Shown here: in pieces, positions 1 to 10,458 of the stretch
Layout: each line of letters opens with the position of its first letter
Numbering within the stretch: position 1 is the first letter of the stretch
Origin: Amoebidium appalachense
Lineage: Eukaryota; Protista; Ichthyosporea
NCBI GenBank assembly: GCA_963693365.1
Contig: CAVNZM010000008.1
Location: forward strand, 4,178,310 to 4,242,309
Direction of reading: 5' to 3'
Length of the DNA stretch: 64,000 bases
Program-made: the position numbers and the translations under genes
Notes under the pieces: model-generated
Seen by the model: only the letters and a program-made list of their open reading frames with translations
Database searches by the model: none
What the model was told of the DNA's origin: nothing

Positions 1-85
1 AAAAAGCAGCATGATACACAGATACTTGGTTTATTTCGTGCATGAACTTCTCCCGGAAGCACATCAAACAACTTCCAAGCCCTCC

Positions 86-197
86 CATGCTAACACCATC
101 CCATCAAACCAACCCCCATCTAGCTCATGCTAACACCATCCCATCAAACCAACCCCCATCTAGCTCATGCTAACACCATCCCATCAAACCAACCCCC
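86..197. repeat. 40-bp tandem repeat (~2.7 copies) running into a poly-C tract
   Basis: CATGCTAACACCATCCCATCAAACCAACCCCCATCTAGCT recurs with period 40. Confidence 0.85.
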
Positions 198-224
198 CCC
201 CCCCCCCCCCCCCCCCCTCAGCCC

Positions 225-1088
225 TCACTCAAGCTCCGCAACAACCTTCATCACCCAATTATACCCCTCCCGCAGGCGCTGCTCAATCATCTCCATGTCC
301 TGAACAAAATAGTGGTTGCCCTCATCCCACCAAACGGGAACCTCCACCGCCCACTCATCGATCGATGCCGCAAGAGCAGAGTCTCTCTCCTCCGCCCCCC
401 ACACATCGTCCGAGTCGATACGTTTCCCGGGAGGGTACTTCGGATCCCTCTGCACTCGATCAAACAGAAATATCTCGCACTGCCGGAGCACGTTGCCACT
501 TGCAAGCTCCCCGGGTGTGAGCGCAAAGGGGACGAGGTTTGGACGGGGAGAACCGGGGGGGCGGGGAACGTAGGCGAACTGGCCGGGCCCCTCCCCGCCC
601 TGGCGGCGGTGGACACGTTCGGCAATCCGATGGCGCAGCGCTTGCTTGTTGCGCTCCACAGCATCCTCAGCCGACCAAAAACCCACATACCCGTCCTTAA
701 CCGCCCGAGCCGCCTCTGCCATGTCGTGGAGCGCCTGCGCCACCGCCCGTGCCTTAGCCGCGCCCACGACGTTGCGCCCAGGCTGCTGCAGGTACTGGCG
801 CAGACCCGGCACGACGGACTGTGCAGCCACTGCGCACCCCCCGAACTCCGTGACCAACGGACGCACCTTGTCGCGCGCGGGCCCGACGGCGTTCTCTGCG
901 GCGACGAGGGCAAGGATGGCGTCCTGGCAGTGGTTTAATTCCCTGCACACCTTCACATGCGAGGGGATCTGGTCGCTGTGCATGTCAGCGACACAAGCGC
1001 GGCACTTGACCATGTATTTGTCCTTGGTGTTCTTAGTGAAAAGGTGATCGGTCAGCCATTTGTAGCTGCGCTTGCCTACTTGTTCCAT
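225..1088 (-). CDS. Hypothetical protein with N-terminal BED-like zinc finger
   Basis: ATG at 1088; W..HLF..VKCRAC..x11..HVKVC pattern; CCAAT-rich region upstream. Confidence 0.6.
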   Translation of the reverse strand: MEQVGKRSYKWLTDHLFTKNTKDKYMVKCRACVADMHSDQIPSHVKVCRELNHCQDAILALVAAENAVGPARDKVRPLVTEFGGCAVAAQSVVPGLRQYLQQPGRNVVGAAKARAVAQALHDMAEAARAVKDGYVGFWSAEDAVERNKQALRHRIAERVHRRQGGEGPGQFAYVPRPPGSPRPNLVPFALTPGELASGNVLRQCEIFLFDRVQRDPKYPPGKRIDSDDVWGAEERDSALAASIDEWAVEVPVWWDEGNHYFVQDMEMIEQRLREGYNWVMKVVAELE

Positions 1089-1199
1089 GGTGTGTGTGTG
1101 TAGAAATGGGGGTGCAAAGCGAAAAATCAGTAAAAGGCGACCTAACAAGCGACTTCAAAGCCTTTGATGTTGACACTACAGAAGGTGTGTGAAAGTGAC

Positions 1200-1450
1200 A
1201 CCCTATCAGCTGTGCCGTGCCCTTAGAAGCCAATTCCCAACTGATGCTGACGAAATGATATCCGATTGGTCAATTAAACAATGCTTGGAATGACAGTCAC
1301 GCGTTTGATTGGAAGAATGCTTTCAGATCCAGATCACCAGACTGTACGATTGGCTGTTGGGGATTGGATGACAACCAATTCAAGATCCAATCAGATCCTG
1401 CGAAGAGCAGGCAATGCCAGTGCTTCAAGATTTTTCAATGACAGCTGATG
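1200..1450. promoter_or_regulatory. CCAAT-box cluster promoter
   Basis: Many CCAAT/ATTGG copies; TGACAG..CGCGTTTGATTGG at 1291-1312 shared with 6189, 9643, 10032. Confidence 0.5.
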
Positions 1451-2272
1451 CCTTTTTCTCTTCTATCCCTTAGAACCAAACATAAGAATAAAATCAAACG
1501 TTTTATAACTAATGTCATATTCAAGATAGTTTTATAAACAATTCGATCACATTTCAAATAGAAATCGCGAAGAAATAGTCCTCTCAACGATTACAAACAG
1601 ATTCTGAAATCTTGGTCAGGATCTTGAACGCTTTCGACCAATCAGATCGAATAGCAGGGTAGCCAACTGCGCGCTGCTTTGGCCGTTTATTGGCACATCT
1701 GGCGCTGCTTTGGAACGAAGTTGTGGTTCCGCGTTGCCTGTTCCAGCGGGGGGCCTGGGTGGCTGGGGGGGGCTGGGAGGGGCGCCTGTGGCACACAGAC
1801 CCGTGAGCCCGCTGTGTCTCCCCCTTGCATGCCTCCCGGGCCCCCACGCCCGCGCCAGTTGGGTCGGGCTTTCGGTCCTGTGAGACCACTGTGCCTCGCC
1901 GGCCGTGCATGCCTCGCGTGCCCCTCATGCCCCGCTCCTAGGAAAAAGCAATCGGCGAACAGGGTCCACCCCCCGGCACCTGTTCTCCAAGGATCCGGGA
2001 GACATGGTTGGGGATGCGATGGTGTTCTCTTGGGTTCCGGGAGACATGGGGGGGACCGGCGATGCTGTTCTCTAGAAAATTGCGGGCCAAACGTTCATGG
2101 GCACTGCCGTGTTCTCTCTGGTTTGTGGAGAAAACGTTGGACTGGGTAGGGGCCGGTGGGCAGGAGAACAGGGTGGTGAACGCGCAGGTGGATATGGGCC
2201 GGGTTGTTGCCGTGTGACGTAAAGGTCGATTTTGATAGTTTGTGGTACTTTATCTGTCGGTTCAACACCGTG

Positions 2273-3070
2273 ATGTCTCAACTCAGCGAAGGTGCTGTTG
2301 TGCGCTGCCTCCACCTGGTGCGCACGTTTTTGGATAACGATAAGAGCAGCGCTTTGTTCATGCAGGGATACACAACGCACCACCTAGTGTTATACATCAA
2401 GCACCTGATGGAATTGGAAATAAACGAAAAGGTCCCAGTCGAACATATTGAGAGGTTGATCTCCTGCCCCGATGAAATGTCCGAACACACGCGCTCATCG
2501 AAGAAACTGAAAAACGTCGTTACAGCAGTTCGCGAGCTGTTCCCCACACCGTGGGTTTGGAAGGGGATTGATCCAGGCACGTTTACGGTGGAGCTCGCTA
2601 GGGAGGTCCATCGCAAGGTCATGGACGGGCTGCTCGATAGCGCTGGACGGTATCGGGTGCGCTTTGCGCTTCCCGCAGGCTGCAGTCATCAGTACCTTGC
2701 ACCGTTCAAGATCGAAGAGGCTCTCAAGCGTCTGTTCGAAAGGACACGCACCGAACTCCAAGGCTGCAATGACGTTCTCGGTGCCATACAGGTCACCGCC
2801 CGTTTCCTCGGGGAGTTCCTCTACATCCACCCGTTCAGCAACGGCAACGGGCGCGTCGCCCGTCTGTTGGTCAGCGTGCTGCTCTCGCCCTATATTTCCG
2901 TTCCCCTCTCGTTGTACACAGACCGCAGCTCCCGCGAGCGCTACCACTCGCTGCTGCTGGCCGCGCAGAGCCAGCCGCCCCCCCACGACTACTCCGAGCT
3001 GGCGGCCTTCGTGCTGGACTGCGCAAGGGCAAACCTGGTCTCGGTGTGCAACGCCCTGGATTTGGAATGA
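2273..3070 (+). CDS. Fic/DOC domain protein (putative AMPylase)
   Basis: Canonical Fic motif HPFSNGNGRVAR; start uncertain (ATG 2273, frame open from 2204). Confidence 0.9.
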   Translation: MSQLSEGAVVRCLHLVRTFLDNDKSSALFMQGYTTHHLVLYIKHLMELEINEKVPVEHIERLISCPDEMSEHTRSSKKLKNVVTAVRELFPTPWVWKGIDPGTFTVELAREVHRKVMDGLLDSAGRYRVRFALPAGCSHQYLAPFKIEEALKRLFERTRTELQGCNDVLGAIQVTARFLGEFLYIHPFSNGNGRVARLLVSVLLSPYISVPLSLYTDRSSRERYHSLLLAAQSQPPPHDYSELAAFVLDCARANLVSVCNALDLE

Positions 3071-3979
3071 AGCCGTCAACTCTTATCGCGCCCTACATCA
3101 ACATGGACACACCCTCCCAAGCCAGGACACGTGTGCGGATCCTGCTGCCCGGGGGCGGCGTCAAGGGCTGCTTCCAAGTCGGGTTCATGCAGGGGATGCT
3201 CGCGTCGGGGCTGTACCAGGTCGACAGGGTGTACGGCACGTCCGTCGGCGCGCTGGTGGCGCCGTTCGTGGTTGCCGACCGCCTGGACGACCTGGCGCGC
3301 GAGCTGGGGACGCTGAAGTGCGTGGAGGACATTGTGGAACCGTGGGGCGGCGCAATGGCGCTGCTTCCGAAAAGCTGGAGGACGGTTGTGGGGTCAATGC
3401 TGTACGGGGCGGCGTACAGCCGCTTCACCCTGCAGGAGCGTGCGGCGGCGCTTCTGGAGGGCATCGCCCTTCGACATCTACACGCGCTGTCACTGCGTCG
3501 CCTGGGACTTCCTCAACAAGAAGGAGCGGTGGTTCACAGGGCCCGAGTACCAGGTCGGCATGCGCGCGTCTTCGGCCCTTCCACTCGCGGTCCCCCCCGT
3601 CGAGTACGACGGCACCGTGTTTCTGGACGGCGGGGTCTCTGAGCTGGTGCCCCTCACCAAGGCACTCGAGGATGCCGCCGATGGGTTCGACGGCATCTAC
3701 GTCACGGTGCTGTGCGACTCGCTGGCGCACTGCCCCGCAGAATCCGTGCCAAAAACGGGCATGGAGCTCTGCTATGCTCTGCAGCGTGACTCGGGCACCG
3801 AGCTGGCGGCCACCGAGTTCGCCAACCTCCGCACCCGCCTCGGAGACCGCCTCGTGGTGGTCGCTCCGGAGCGGAGGCTGTTCGCGTCGCCCATGGACGT
3901 CGACCCCGGGAAGGTCGCGCAGGCGCTTGCGGATGGCCGCACGGCGTTTGCTACCTGGGCCGCCGCGGCACGTCAATAA
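3067..3979 (+). pseudogene. Patatin-like phospholipase, frameshifted near 3460-3470
   Basis: GGGVKG and GTSVG motifs in one frame; ASSALP..FLDGG in another frame. Confidence 0.85.
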
Positions 3980-4163
3980 ACCCACCCCGACTCGAGTCCG
4001 TATCTGTCGTCCTCGGTCACCCATCCGGGCTGGGGCCTGGGGGCCTGGGGGCCTGGGGGTGGCTGGGAGGGGCTCCTGTGGCGCACGTGCCACGCGTGCC
4101 TCCTGTGCCTCGCGGGCCTCGCGCGCCCTGCGCGCAGCGCCTAAGCAGCGTATCAGAGGATCC

Positions 4164-4868
4164 CTAGGCGTGATTAATCTTCTCGCAATCGAACACGAAA
4201 GCATATGATGTTCCGGTCGGGGCAAGCGCAGTCATCCCAGGGGGGACAGTCAGGTGGTTGTTTCGCACCCCCCTGTTGGCTCCGAGAACCTTGGTGAGCA
4301 TGGAGCCCACGCTCTTCACATTGATATATGGCAAACTCTTAGACTTGCCGTTGAGAGCAAGCCACTCTTTGAACAGATGTAGCATTGCCGTGGCTGTAAC
4401 ACGGGCCCCATCGTGTAGTTGCTGTATAGACATACCGTCTTTACCATTCGCCGTGTCTTTGAGGAACTCGAAGAAAAGTCTATACTCTGACTCCGAGGAA
4501 TCCGGCTGTTGTTCAGAACCAGTTTGGGTGTTTGGGCGTGCTGGGCGGGGCATCCACATCAACTGCACCGTATCAGGTTCTACTGTCAATGTGATGCCTA
4601 ATCGAGCCATTGTTTCCGCGGCAACCCTGTATACATCAGCTGATGCATACCCAAATAAATGAACCCGGGGTTGGTGGTCAAGGAAATACCCATGGTAGGC
4701 GAGAACCTGTCCCATGGCCCCCTTCCACTCATGCGCCCGCTTTACCTCAATGACCTCTGTGTCAGTCAGGAGATCGATACGACCTGCTGGTGTATGCACT
4801 TCCTTCTTTCCCCCCTCCAGGCTCATAAGTCGGTCTCTGACCCATGATTCGTCACCTACAGCCATCAT
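4164..4868 (-). CDS. PD-(D/E)xK nuclease fused to helicase-type C-terminal (putative winged-helix) domain, copy 1
   Basis: EVHTPAGRIDLLTDTEVIEVK..WKGAMGQVLAY; C-terminal FLKD..DGARVTAT..EWLALNGK. Confidence 0.8.
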   Translation of the reverse strand: MMAVGDESWVRDRLMSLEGGKKEVHTPAGRIDLLTDTEVIEVKRAHEWKGAMGQVLAYHGYFLDHQPRVHLFGYASADVYRVAAETMARLGITLTVEPDTVQLMWMPRPARPNTQTGSEQQPDSSESEYRLFFEFLKDTANGKDGMSIQQLHDGARVTATAMLHLFKEWLALNGKSKSLPYINVKSVGSMLTKVLGANRGVRNNHLTVPPGMTALAPTGTSYAFVFDCEKINHA

Positions 4869-5151
4869 ACATGGCACAGATAAAAATAGCCGTGATGATA
4901 CCACCAGTGAGGGGCTGTGGGGGCTTGAGGGGCATGCGTGGCTCGCGAGGCTCGTGCCGCCTGCGAGACCACCGTGCCTCCCCGGCCGTGCATGCCTGGC
5001 GTGCCCCTCATGCCCCCCAGGCCCCGCGCAGTGTCTATGCAAGTTGTTTGAGACATATTGCAAGACCTGCTTGCTCACTGGTGCCAGGTTTATTGGGTGA
5101 TGGTCCAATGCACCTTTGCCCCGATTCTGCGGTGGGGGCCTGGGGGCGCTC

Positions 5152-5838
5152 CTAATCCTGAAAGATCCTTGAAGCCCACAGGTAGTAGCAGTCTGACTTG
5201 CCACTGGCACCTGTTGGTGGGTGCAGTGGCCATTTGCAAACTCTAGGTTCGAGCGTGCATTTTGTGTGTCCAAGAATTTTTGTAATGGCCATCCCGAATG
5301 CCCGAGTGCTTGGCATAGGAGTTTGGGCAGCGTTGACGTTGTGCCATTCCTGAAAAAGCTGATACAGCCCGGTTGATGTCACGGCACAACCGTTGTGGAT
5401 GAATGTGAAATTTTCACATCCGTTTCTGTGTGACAACAGATCCCTTAGGAATTGCATCTCATTGTTAGCTGATGTGCAGACTGCCACTGGCTTTTCGGCC
5501 TCCACATCCAGCGCTGGAAGTGGGCTCCAAATGAGCTGCAAGGTGTCTGGTTCTATCGTGGCTCTGATGCCCAGGAGCGTCATCGTTTCGATCGCCACTT
5601 TCAAGCAATCTAGAGACGCAACATCGAACAGATGGACCCGAGGTCGATGGTTCGGACAGTAGGCTTGATAGCACAGGACCTGCCCAACGGCGGATTTCCA
5701 TTTAGAAGCGCGCTTGACTTCGATGACTTCCGTGGCCGTCAGCAGGTCGATCCGTCCTGCGGGCGTGCGTACCTCAATGGTTCCACCTTCGAGCTTGGCC
5801 AGCCTATCCCTGACATATGACTCGTCGTAGGTAGCCAT
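5152..5838 (-). CDS. PD-(D/E)xK nuclease fused to helicase-type C-terminal domain, copy 2
   Basis: EVRTPAGRIDLLTATEVIEVK..WKSAVGQVLCY; C-terminal QFLRDL..FGMAITKILG. Confidence 0.8.
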   Translation of the reverse strand: MATYDESYVRDRLAKLEGGTIEVRTPAGRIDLLTATEVIEVKRASKWKSAVGQVLCYQAYCPNHRPRVHLFDVASLDCLKVAIETMTLLGIRATIEPDTLQLIWSPLPALDVEAEKPVAVCTSANNEMQFLRDLLSHRNGCENFTFIHNGCAVTSTGLYQLFQEWHNVNAAQTPMPSTRAFGMAITKILGHTKCTLEPRVCKWPLHPPTGASGKSDCYYLWASRIFQD

Positions 5839-6120
5839 CACTTACAACACAAGAAAATAAAAATCACCCCCCAGTCGGTTTGTGGTTCCCAGTGATCCCC
5901 AGCCCCCCAAGCCCCGGCGCAGTGACCTTGGAAGTCGTTTTTTACCAATGCAAGACCTACATTGCAACAATATGATAAGACACCATACCCCACCCTCGAA
6001 GGTGTAACATTGTAGGGGGTGTAATCAAAGGATTTCAACTCCACCCTCAAAGTGTGGTCCCCCATAGCAACAGCCAATCAGATCGTCCCATCCCACCCCG
6101 TTCCGCCCGATTTATTTCAG

Positions 6121-6250
6121 TAGTTACTCTAGTTACAAATAGGAAGTAGTAGTTACAGAGAATACAAGGAGGTCAAACGGCACAAACTGCGCGTTTTGAT
6201 TGGTTCCCGGATCTAGTTACAATTTTGTTACGCGTTACACGTTTCGTTAC
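6121..6250. repeat. GTTAC iteron-like cluster, candidate origin 1
   Basis: GTTAC at 6123, 6132, 6152, 6216, 6227, 6234, 6246 (four as TAGTTAC); last copy overlaps the helicase 1 stop codon. Confidence 0.5.
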
Positions 6251-7740
6251 AGACCCACCACCGTACGAGCAAGTGTGTAGCAACCGACAATGCCCGATCC
6301 TGCGCACAAATCTTGGCCTGGGGCGCCGTAAGCTATGGATGCAGCACGCGTACTCTTGAGCTTTCCGAGGACTGCAGTGACGGCCATTCCAAAGTCACGC
6401 TGGGTGGGCCTCTTGGACTTGTCGGGGGTGTTCTGTTCCCACCAGGTCTGGTAGAGATAGAAGAGACCGCCGGGAGTAACTCTCGCACCATCCTCAAACG
6501 TGGGCGCATCCTCAAACACGTTCTCGCGTTTCATTAGGTCACGCAGGAACTGCAACTCCATCGGCCCGCTAAGGTCCTGCAGCTGCCGCTTCAAAGTGGT
6601 CATGGGAGGCGGGACTCTGTTGGGGTCAGACACGGGGATCCTCATGAACCACTGGTAGAGATGCTCGAGCGCCGGGGATCCAGCTGCATACTGCTGGGAC
6701 AGGGCCCTGAAATACATCTCATCGCCGACACGGCTGTCGGACACCTCCATGCACGCATAGCGCCTGTCCGTGCGACTGACCGGAATGGGATGCTGTTCGT
6801 TGGACATCAGGATCCAGCGCTCGCAGGATCTGACCTTGACTGCGTCAATTCCCTTGGCCTCGTACGTCATGGTGTCGTCCGTAATAAGCGTCTTCAGATG
6901 GTTCGGTGTACGGTGACTCTTCCCGTAGGTAACCTCGTTGCACACCACCAACAACTTGAATGTTATACCGCTGTTGAAGCGGCTTGCCAGTCTGTCTTCT
7001 GTCTCGACCACGCCCACAAGGTCGTCACCCAGGACATTTTGGATGATCCTTACAAATATGTTCTTGCCGGTCCCTTCGATGCTCCTCATCAGCCAAGCAG
7101 ACTCGGGCTTGCGTGCGGGGTACTGGAACAGGTGCCCCAGCCACTCCAGCACGTAACGGTACAGAGACTCGTCTCCTGCACAGATGACCTCCCTGGCATG
7201 GGAAATAAAGCCCTCAAGAAGGCTCTCGTATATGACAAAAGATGGGTCATACAGGAACTGGAATCCCTGGAAGCTGTTGAATGTGCGGCTGTGGGTAGAC
7301 GTGTAGCGGGGGTTGCGGACACGGGTCTTTGGGTCTGGGTCACTGGGGTCGAAGACGATACCACCGTGGTACACGACCATGTGGCTACTGTCCAGATGCC
7401 AGGAGCCCTTGTATGTTTCCACCTTTTTGCCTGTCGGGTTGTATTTGAACTTGTACTTGGACAGCATGTCGGCCACCTTCTCCTTGGACTTGATCTCATG
7501 GACGAATCTCCCATCCTTGAAACGCTTGAAGAGGTACACACCATCCGGGCGGGAATAAGCCACCAGTGTGCGACAGAATGCGTGGATCTGCTCCTCTGTC
7601 CATTGGTATTGCTCGACGATGTCCGCGTCCAACCAGTTGTTGCGCATGCCTGTTGTACGCTCAAACTCTTCGTATGTCGCTAGTTTGCGCTGCTCGTTCT
7701 CTGACATGTCCGTGGCTATCTTCATGTAGAGGTCTTCCAT
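6247..7740 (-). CDS. D5-like/DUF5906-type SF3 helicase 1 (no recognisable primase domain)
   Basis: Walker A SIEGTGKN, Walker B LVVCNE, LKTLITD, motif C ILMSN, DRR arginine finger. Confidence 0.9.
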   Translation of the reverse strand: MEDLYMKIATDMSENEQRKLATYEEFERTTGMRNNWLDADIVEQYQWTEEQIHAFCRTLVAYSRPDGVYLFKRFKDGRFVHEIKSKEKVADMLSKYKFKYNPTGKKVETYKGSWHLDSSHMVVYHGGIVFDPSDPDPKTRVRNPRYTSTHSRTFNSFQGFQFLYDPSFVIYESLLEGFISHAREVICAGDESLYRYVLEWLGHLFQYPARKPESAWLMRSIEGTGKNIFVRIIQNVLGDDLVGVVETEDRLASRFNSGITFKLLVVCNEVTYGKSHRTPNHLKTLITDDTMTYEAKGIDAVKVRSCERWILMSNEQHPIPVSRTDRRYACMEVSDSRVGDEMYFRALSQQYAAGSPALEHLYQWFMRIPVSDPNRVPPPMTTLKRQLQDLSGPMELQFLRDLMKRENVFEDAPTFEDGARVTPGGLFYLYQTWWEQNTPDKSKRPTQRDFGMAVTAVLGKLKSTRAASIAYGAPGQDLCAGSGIVGCYTLARTVVGL

Positions 7741-7791
7741 TGTAGTATGGTTAGATAATATCTGACAGGTGTCGGGTCGTGCTTGCCGTAT

Positions 7792-8229
7792 TTATACCAG
7801 ATCGGGTGCATTCGTCACCAGCTCGGGATGTTCGGCTCTAACATGGCAGTTTAGAGCATGAGACCGACTGAATCTGCACACGCATCCCACCGACGGGCAC
7901 CGGAGGGTATCCCGCACCGGCCGTGTGTGCGTCTTGTCCTCCTTGTGGACTAAACGGCGATGCCACCATAACGCGGCGGGGTACGGGAAGTCGGCAGGGC
8001 ACGTGTCGCAGACATATGGCCGCTCGCCGGTATGCATTCGCACATGCAGCTTCATGTAGTCGCTGCGGGTAAAGGATGCAAAGCAGCCATCATGGGGGCA
8101 TGTGTACGGACGGGTCTGCGAGTGCGTTGTGGCACGGTGTCTTTTCATGTTGGCGTTGGTGGTGAACGTTTGGGCGCATTCGGGGCACAGAAAGACTCTC
8201 TTGGGCGGGGGTCTGCATGGTTGGTCCAT
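7792..8229 (-). CDS. C2H2 zinc-finger protein (4 fingers)
   Basis: CPEC, CPHDGC, CDTC, CPSVGC fingers; HTGERPY linker. Confidence 0.9.
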   Translation of the reverse strand: MDQPCRPPPKRVFLCPECAQTFTTNANMKRHRATTHSQTRPYTCPHDGCFASFTRSDYMKLHVRMHTGERPYVCDTCPADFPYPAALWWHRRLVHKEDKTHTRPVRDTLRCPSVGCVCRFSRSHALNCHVRAEHPELVTNAPDLV

Positions 8230-8395
8230 TGCTAAGGAATGGGGAGAAAATGGGTGCGGGTGTCGCTTAAGTACACGGCGGCCACAATGCCACCAGGGGG
8301 GGGCTGCGGAATCTTACGACAAGTAGCGACCCAGACACATTCCAAAGTGGTGTTTTATTATAGATTTTGAGTTGGGTTGATGATTTTACTTAGTG

Positions 8396-8494
8396 GTGGT
8401 CGGGTCGTTGGGTGGTAACTTACTTTTAGAAAAAAATAAAAAGGTGAAAAATATTCCCAGTGCAAAAGCTAGCTACTACCGACGACCCGACTAC
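8396..8494. repeat. Imperfect inverted repeat flanking an A-rich spacer
   Basis: GTGGTCGGGTCGTTGG (8396) versus CCGACGACCCGACTAC (8479-8494). Confidence 0.6.
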
Positions 8495-8521
8495 CGGGTT
8501 TCAGCAACCCTTATTTTTTTG

Positions 8522-9082
8522 ATGCCATACATGAATATGCAAGACCATATATGTGCGATATGTAATAAGAAATTTTCAACAAAACAGAACCTCCAACGGC
8601 ACGCCACATGTCATACCGGTGAAAAACCATTTTCCTGTACATGGCCTGGTTGTGCAGTACGGTGCACACAGCAGGTTGGCCTGGACGCACACCTTACAAC
8701 TCACACTGGAGTAAAAAAATTTGAATGCAGCTACAGCGGATGCACATACAGGGCCCCGACATCTGGACGACTTCTGCGACACAAAAGAAGACACACAGGT
8801 GAACGCCCTTACGCTTGCGAACACGAGGAATGTGGCAGGCGCTTTTCACATAGGGGGGCACTTCTTATGCACTTACGAACGCACTATCCAATACAACAGC
8901 TAATGTGCAAGGCTATTGGATGTGAAGCAACCTTCAAAACTGCCAATGCGCTCAAACTACATAACCGGATTCATACAGGTGAGCGTTTGTACACATGCGA
9001 TAAAGGGTGCTCAAAGGCCTTCTCATGGCGTAGTGGGCTGTGGCGACATCGGAAGTTCGTGCATAAACTCAAACAACAATAA
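8522..9082 (+). CDS. C2H2 zinc-finger protein (6 fingers)
   Basis: Six CxxC/HxxxH units with HTGEKPF and HTGERPY linkers; start at ATG 8522, 8531 or 8537. Confidence 0.92.
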   Translation: MPYMNMQDHICAICNKKFSTKQNLQRHATCHTGEKPFSCTWPGCAVRCTQQVGLDAHLTTHTGVKKFECSYSGCTYRAPTSGRLLRHKRRHTGERPYACEHEECGRRFSHRGALLMHLRTHYPIQQLMCKAIGCEATFKTANALKLHNRIHTGERLYTCDKGCSKAFSWRSGLWRHRKFVHKLKQQ

Positions 9083-9125
9083 CAACCGGGCAACCAACTC
9101 GTGTGATTCAGGCCACCTGTTTTAT

Positions 9126-9557
9126 TTATTCGCCGGGCTCAGCACGGCTGCGCTTCTCGGTGGGCACCGAAGTGTCCTCGGGCGACCGCGCGCGCTTCTT
9201 CTCGGGGGGCTTCTTGTGGTGGCGCTCCTCCTCAGAGCTCAAGATGCGAATGGGGCGCTCCTCGGTGGGGGACTCCTCGGCGGAGGTCTCGGGGTCGCTG
9301 AGGTTCTTCAGGCTCCTCCATGTCATACGGTACAGGCTCACGCTGGTCTTGAGGCGCTTGTACTTCTTGTGCAGCACCTTGTACTTGAGCTGCATCTCCC
9401 GCTCGCTGGCGCGCGCACGGTAGCGGTCACGCTTTGCCTCCTCGTACAGGTACTGCTGCCATTCGGGAGGCCACGTGGCAAATGACCCTGGGGGCCGTGG
9501 ACTGGCAGGCTGCCCGGCTGGGTCAGGGCCGGCCTTTGCAGATGGTGTGCCGGACAT
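9126..9557 (-). CDS. Small basic coiled-coil hypothetical protein
   Basis: ATG-initiated ORF with upstream TATA-like and CCAAT boxes; KKRAR NLS-like motif. Confidence 0.55.
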   Translation of the reverse strand: MSGTPSAKAGPDPAGQPASPRPPGSFATWPPEWQQYLYEEAKRDRYRARASEREMQLKYKVLHKKYKRLKTSVSLYRMTWRSLKNLSDPETSAEESPTEERPIRILSSEEERHHKKPPEKKRARSPEDTSVPTEKRSRAEPGE

Positions 9558-9609
9558 TGTTGGTGAAGAGAAACAGGAAGAGTGGAAAGTGTCAGCATAG
9601 CGCTGAGTC

Positions 9610-10290
9610 GCGGCATTTTATACCTGCCAGGCAGGGCAAGGCTGACAGCTGTCGCGTTTTGATTGGATGGACATGATTTATCTGATGGAATCAAAATTTA
9701 CTTACCATGAGATGTAACCACATGATCCAATCGGAATTTATATTTACGATCCAATCGCGGCTGACCAATCAGCGCGTGAGGCGTAATCTAGCGAGATATC
9801 CAATCGAATGGCGCTACGGTCATGCCATGCCAGTGCTTTCAGATGGCTCATCGGACTGTCGGGCCCAGGAATAAAAATTACATACCCCCCCCCCCCCTGA
9901 GCGCCAGCACGCGGCAAGCAGCACGAGCAGCACCATGCATGCAAGCGCTACGGTCCACAACACAGGTGTGGAAGAGGAAGTGGCAATTTTTATTTACTGG
10001 TCGTGTCCAGCACGGCTGCGCTTCTCAGGGCTGACAGCTATCGCGTTTTGATTGGTGTAATCATGACTAAGATCAAAATTGGCCAGATCGGATATGCAAA
10101 TCTACCAATCAAATTAATTATCGCGGTGGCTCACTTCAATGCTGTCAGAATTTTGCGAACCAATCACATTAGCTCAACCTAGATCAATCAATCCCTGCCA
10201 ACCAATCAGCGCGAGAATTGATCTCCAATCAAATGGCGCTGAGGACATGCCATACCAGTCCCTTCTGAAAACTGATCCTACATAAAAGAC
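9610..10290. promoter_or_regulatory. Divergent promoter region with duplicated CGCG-CCAAT module
   Basis: GCTGACAGCT(G/A)TCGCGTTTTGATTGG at 9641 and 10030; many CCAATC; TATA-like elements near 9616 and 10281. Confidence 0.55.
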
Positions 10291-10458
10291 CAACACAAGG
10301 CCAACCCTGTCACTTTCACGTTTTCACACATTCTCCCTCACAACGACTCCCGGCCAAACGATTGTTGCCAGACATTTCACCACGTCCCTCTTTCTCGCCC
10401 TTTCTTAGCGGATCGTTTCACTAGACAAATCACCACACGCTGGCATTCACGCACAAGC

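Noticed and set aside
2568-4208. 546-aa plus-strand ORF and other GC-rich alternative-frame ORFs
   Set aside because: Shadow frames over Fic and patatin with no motifs
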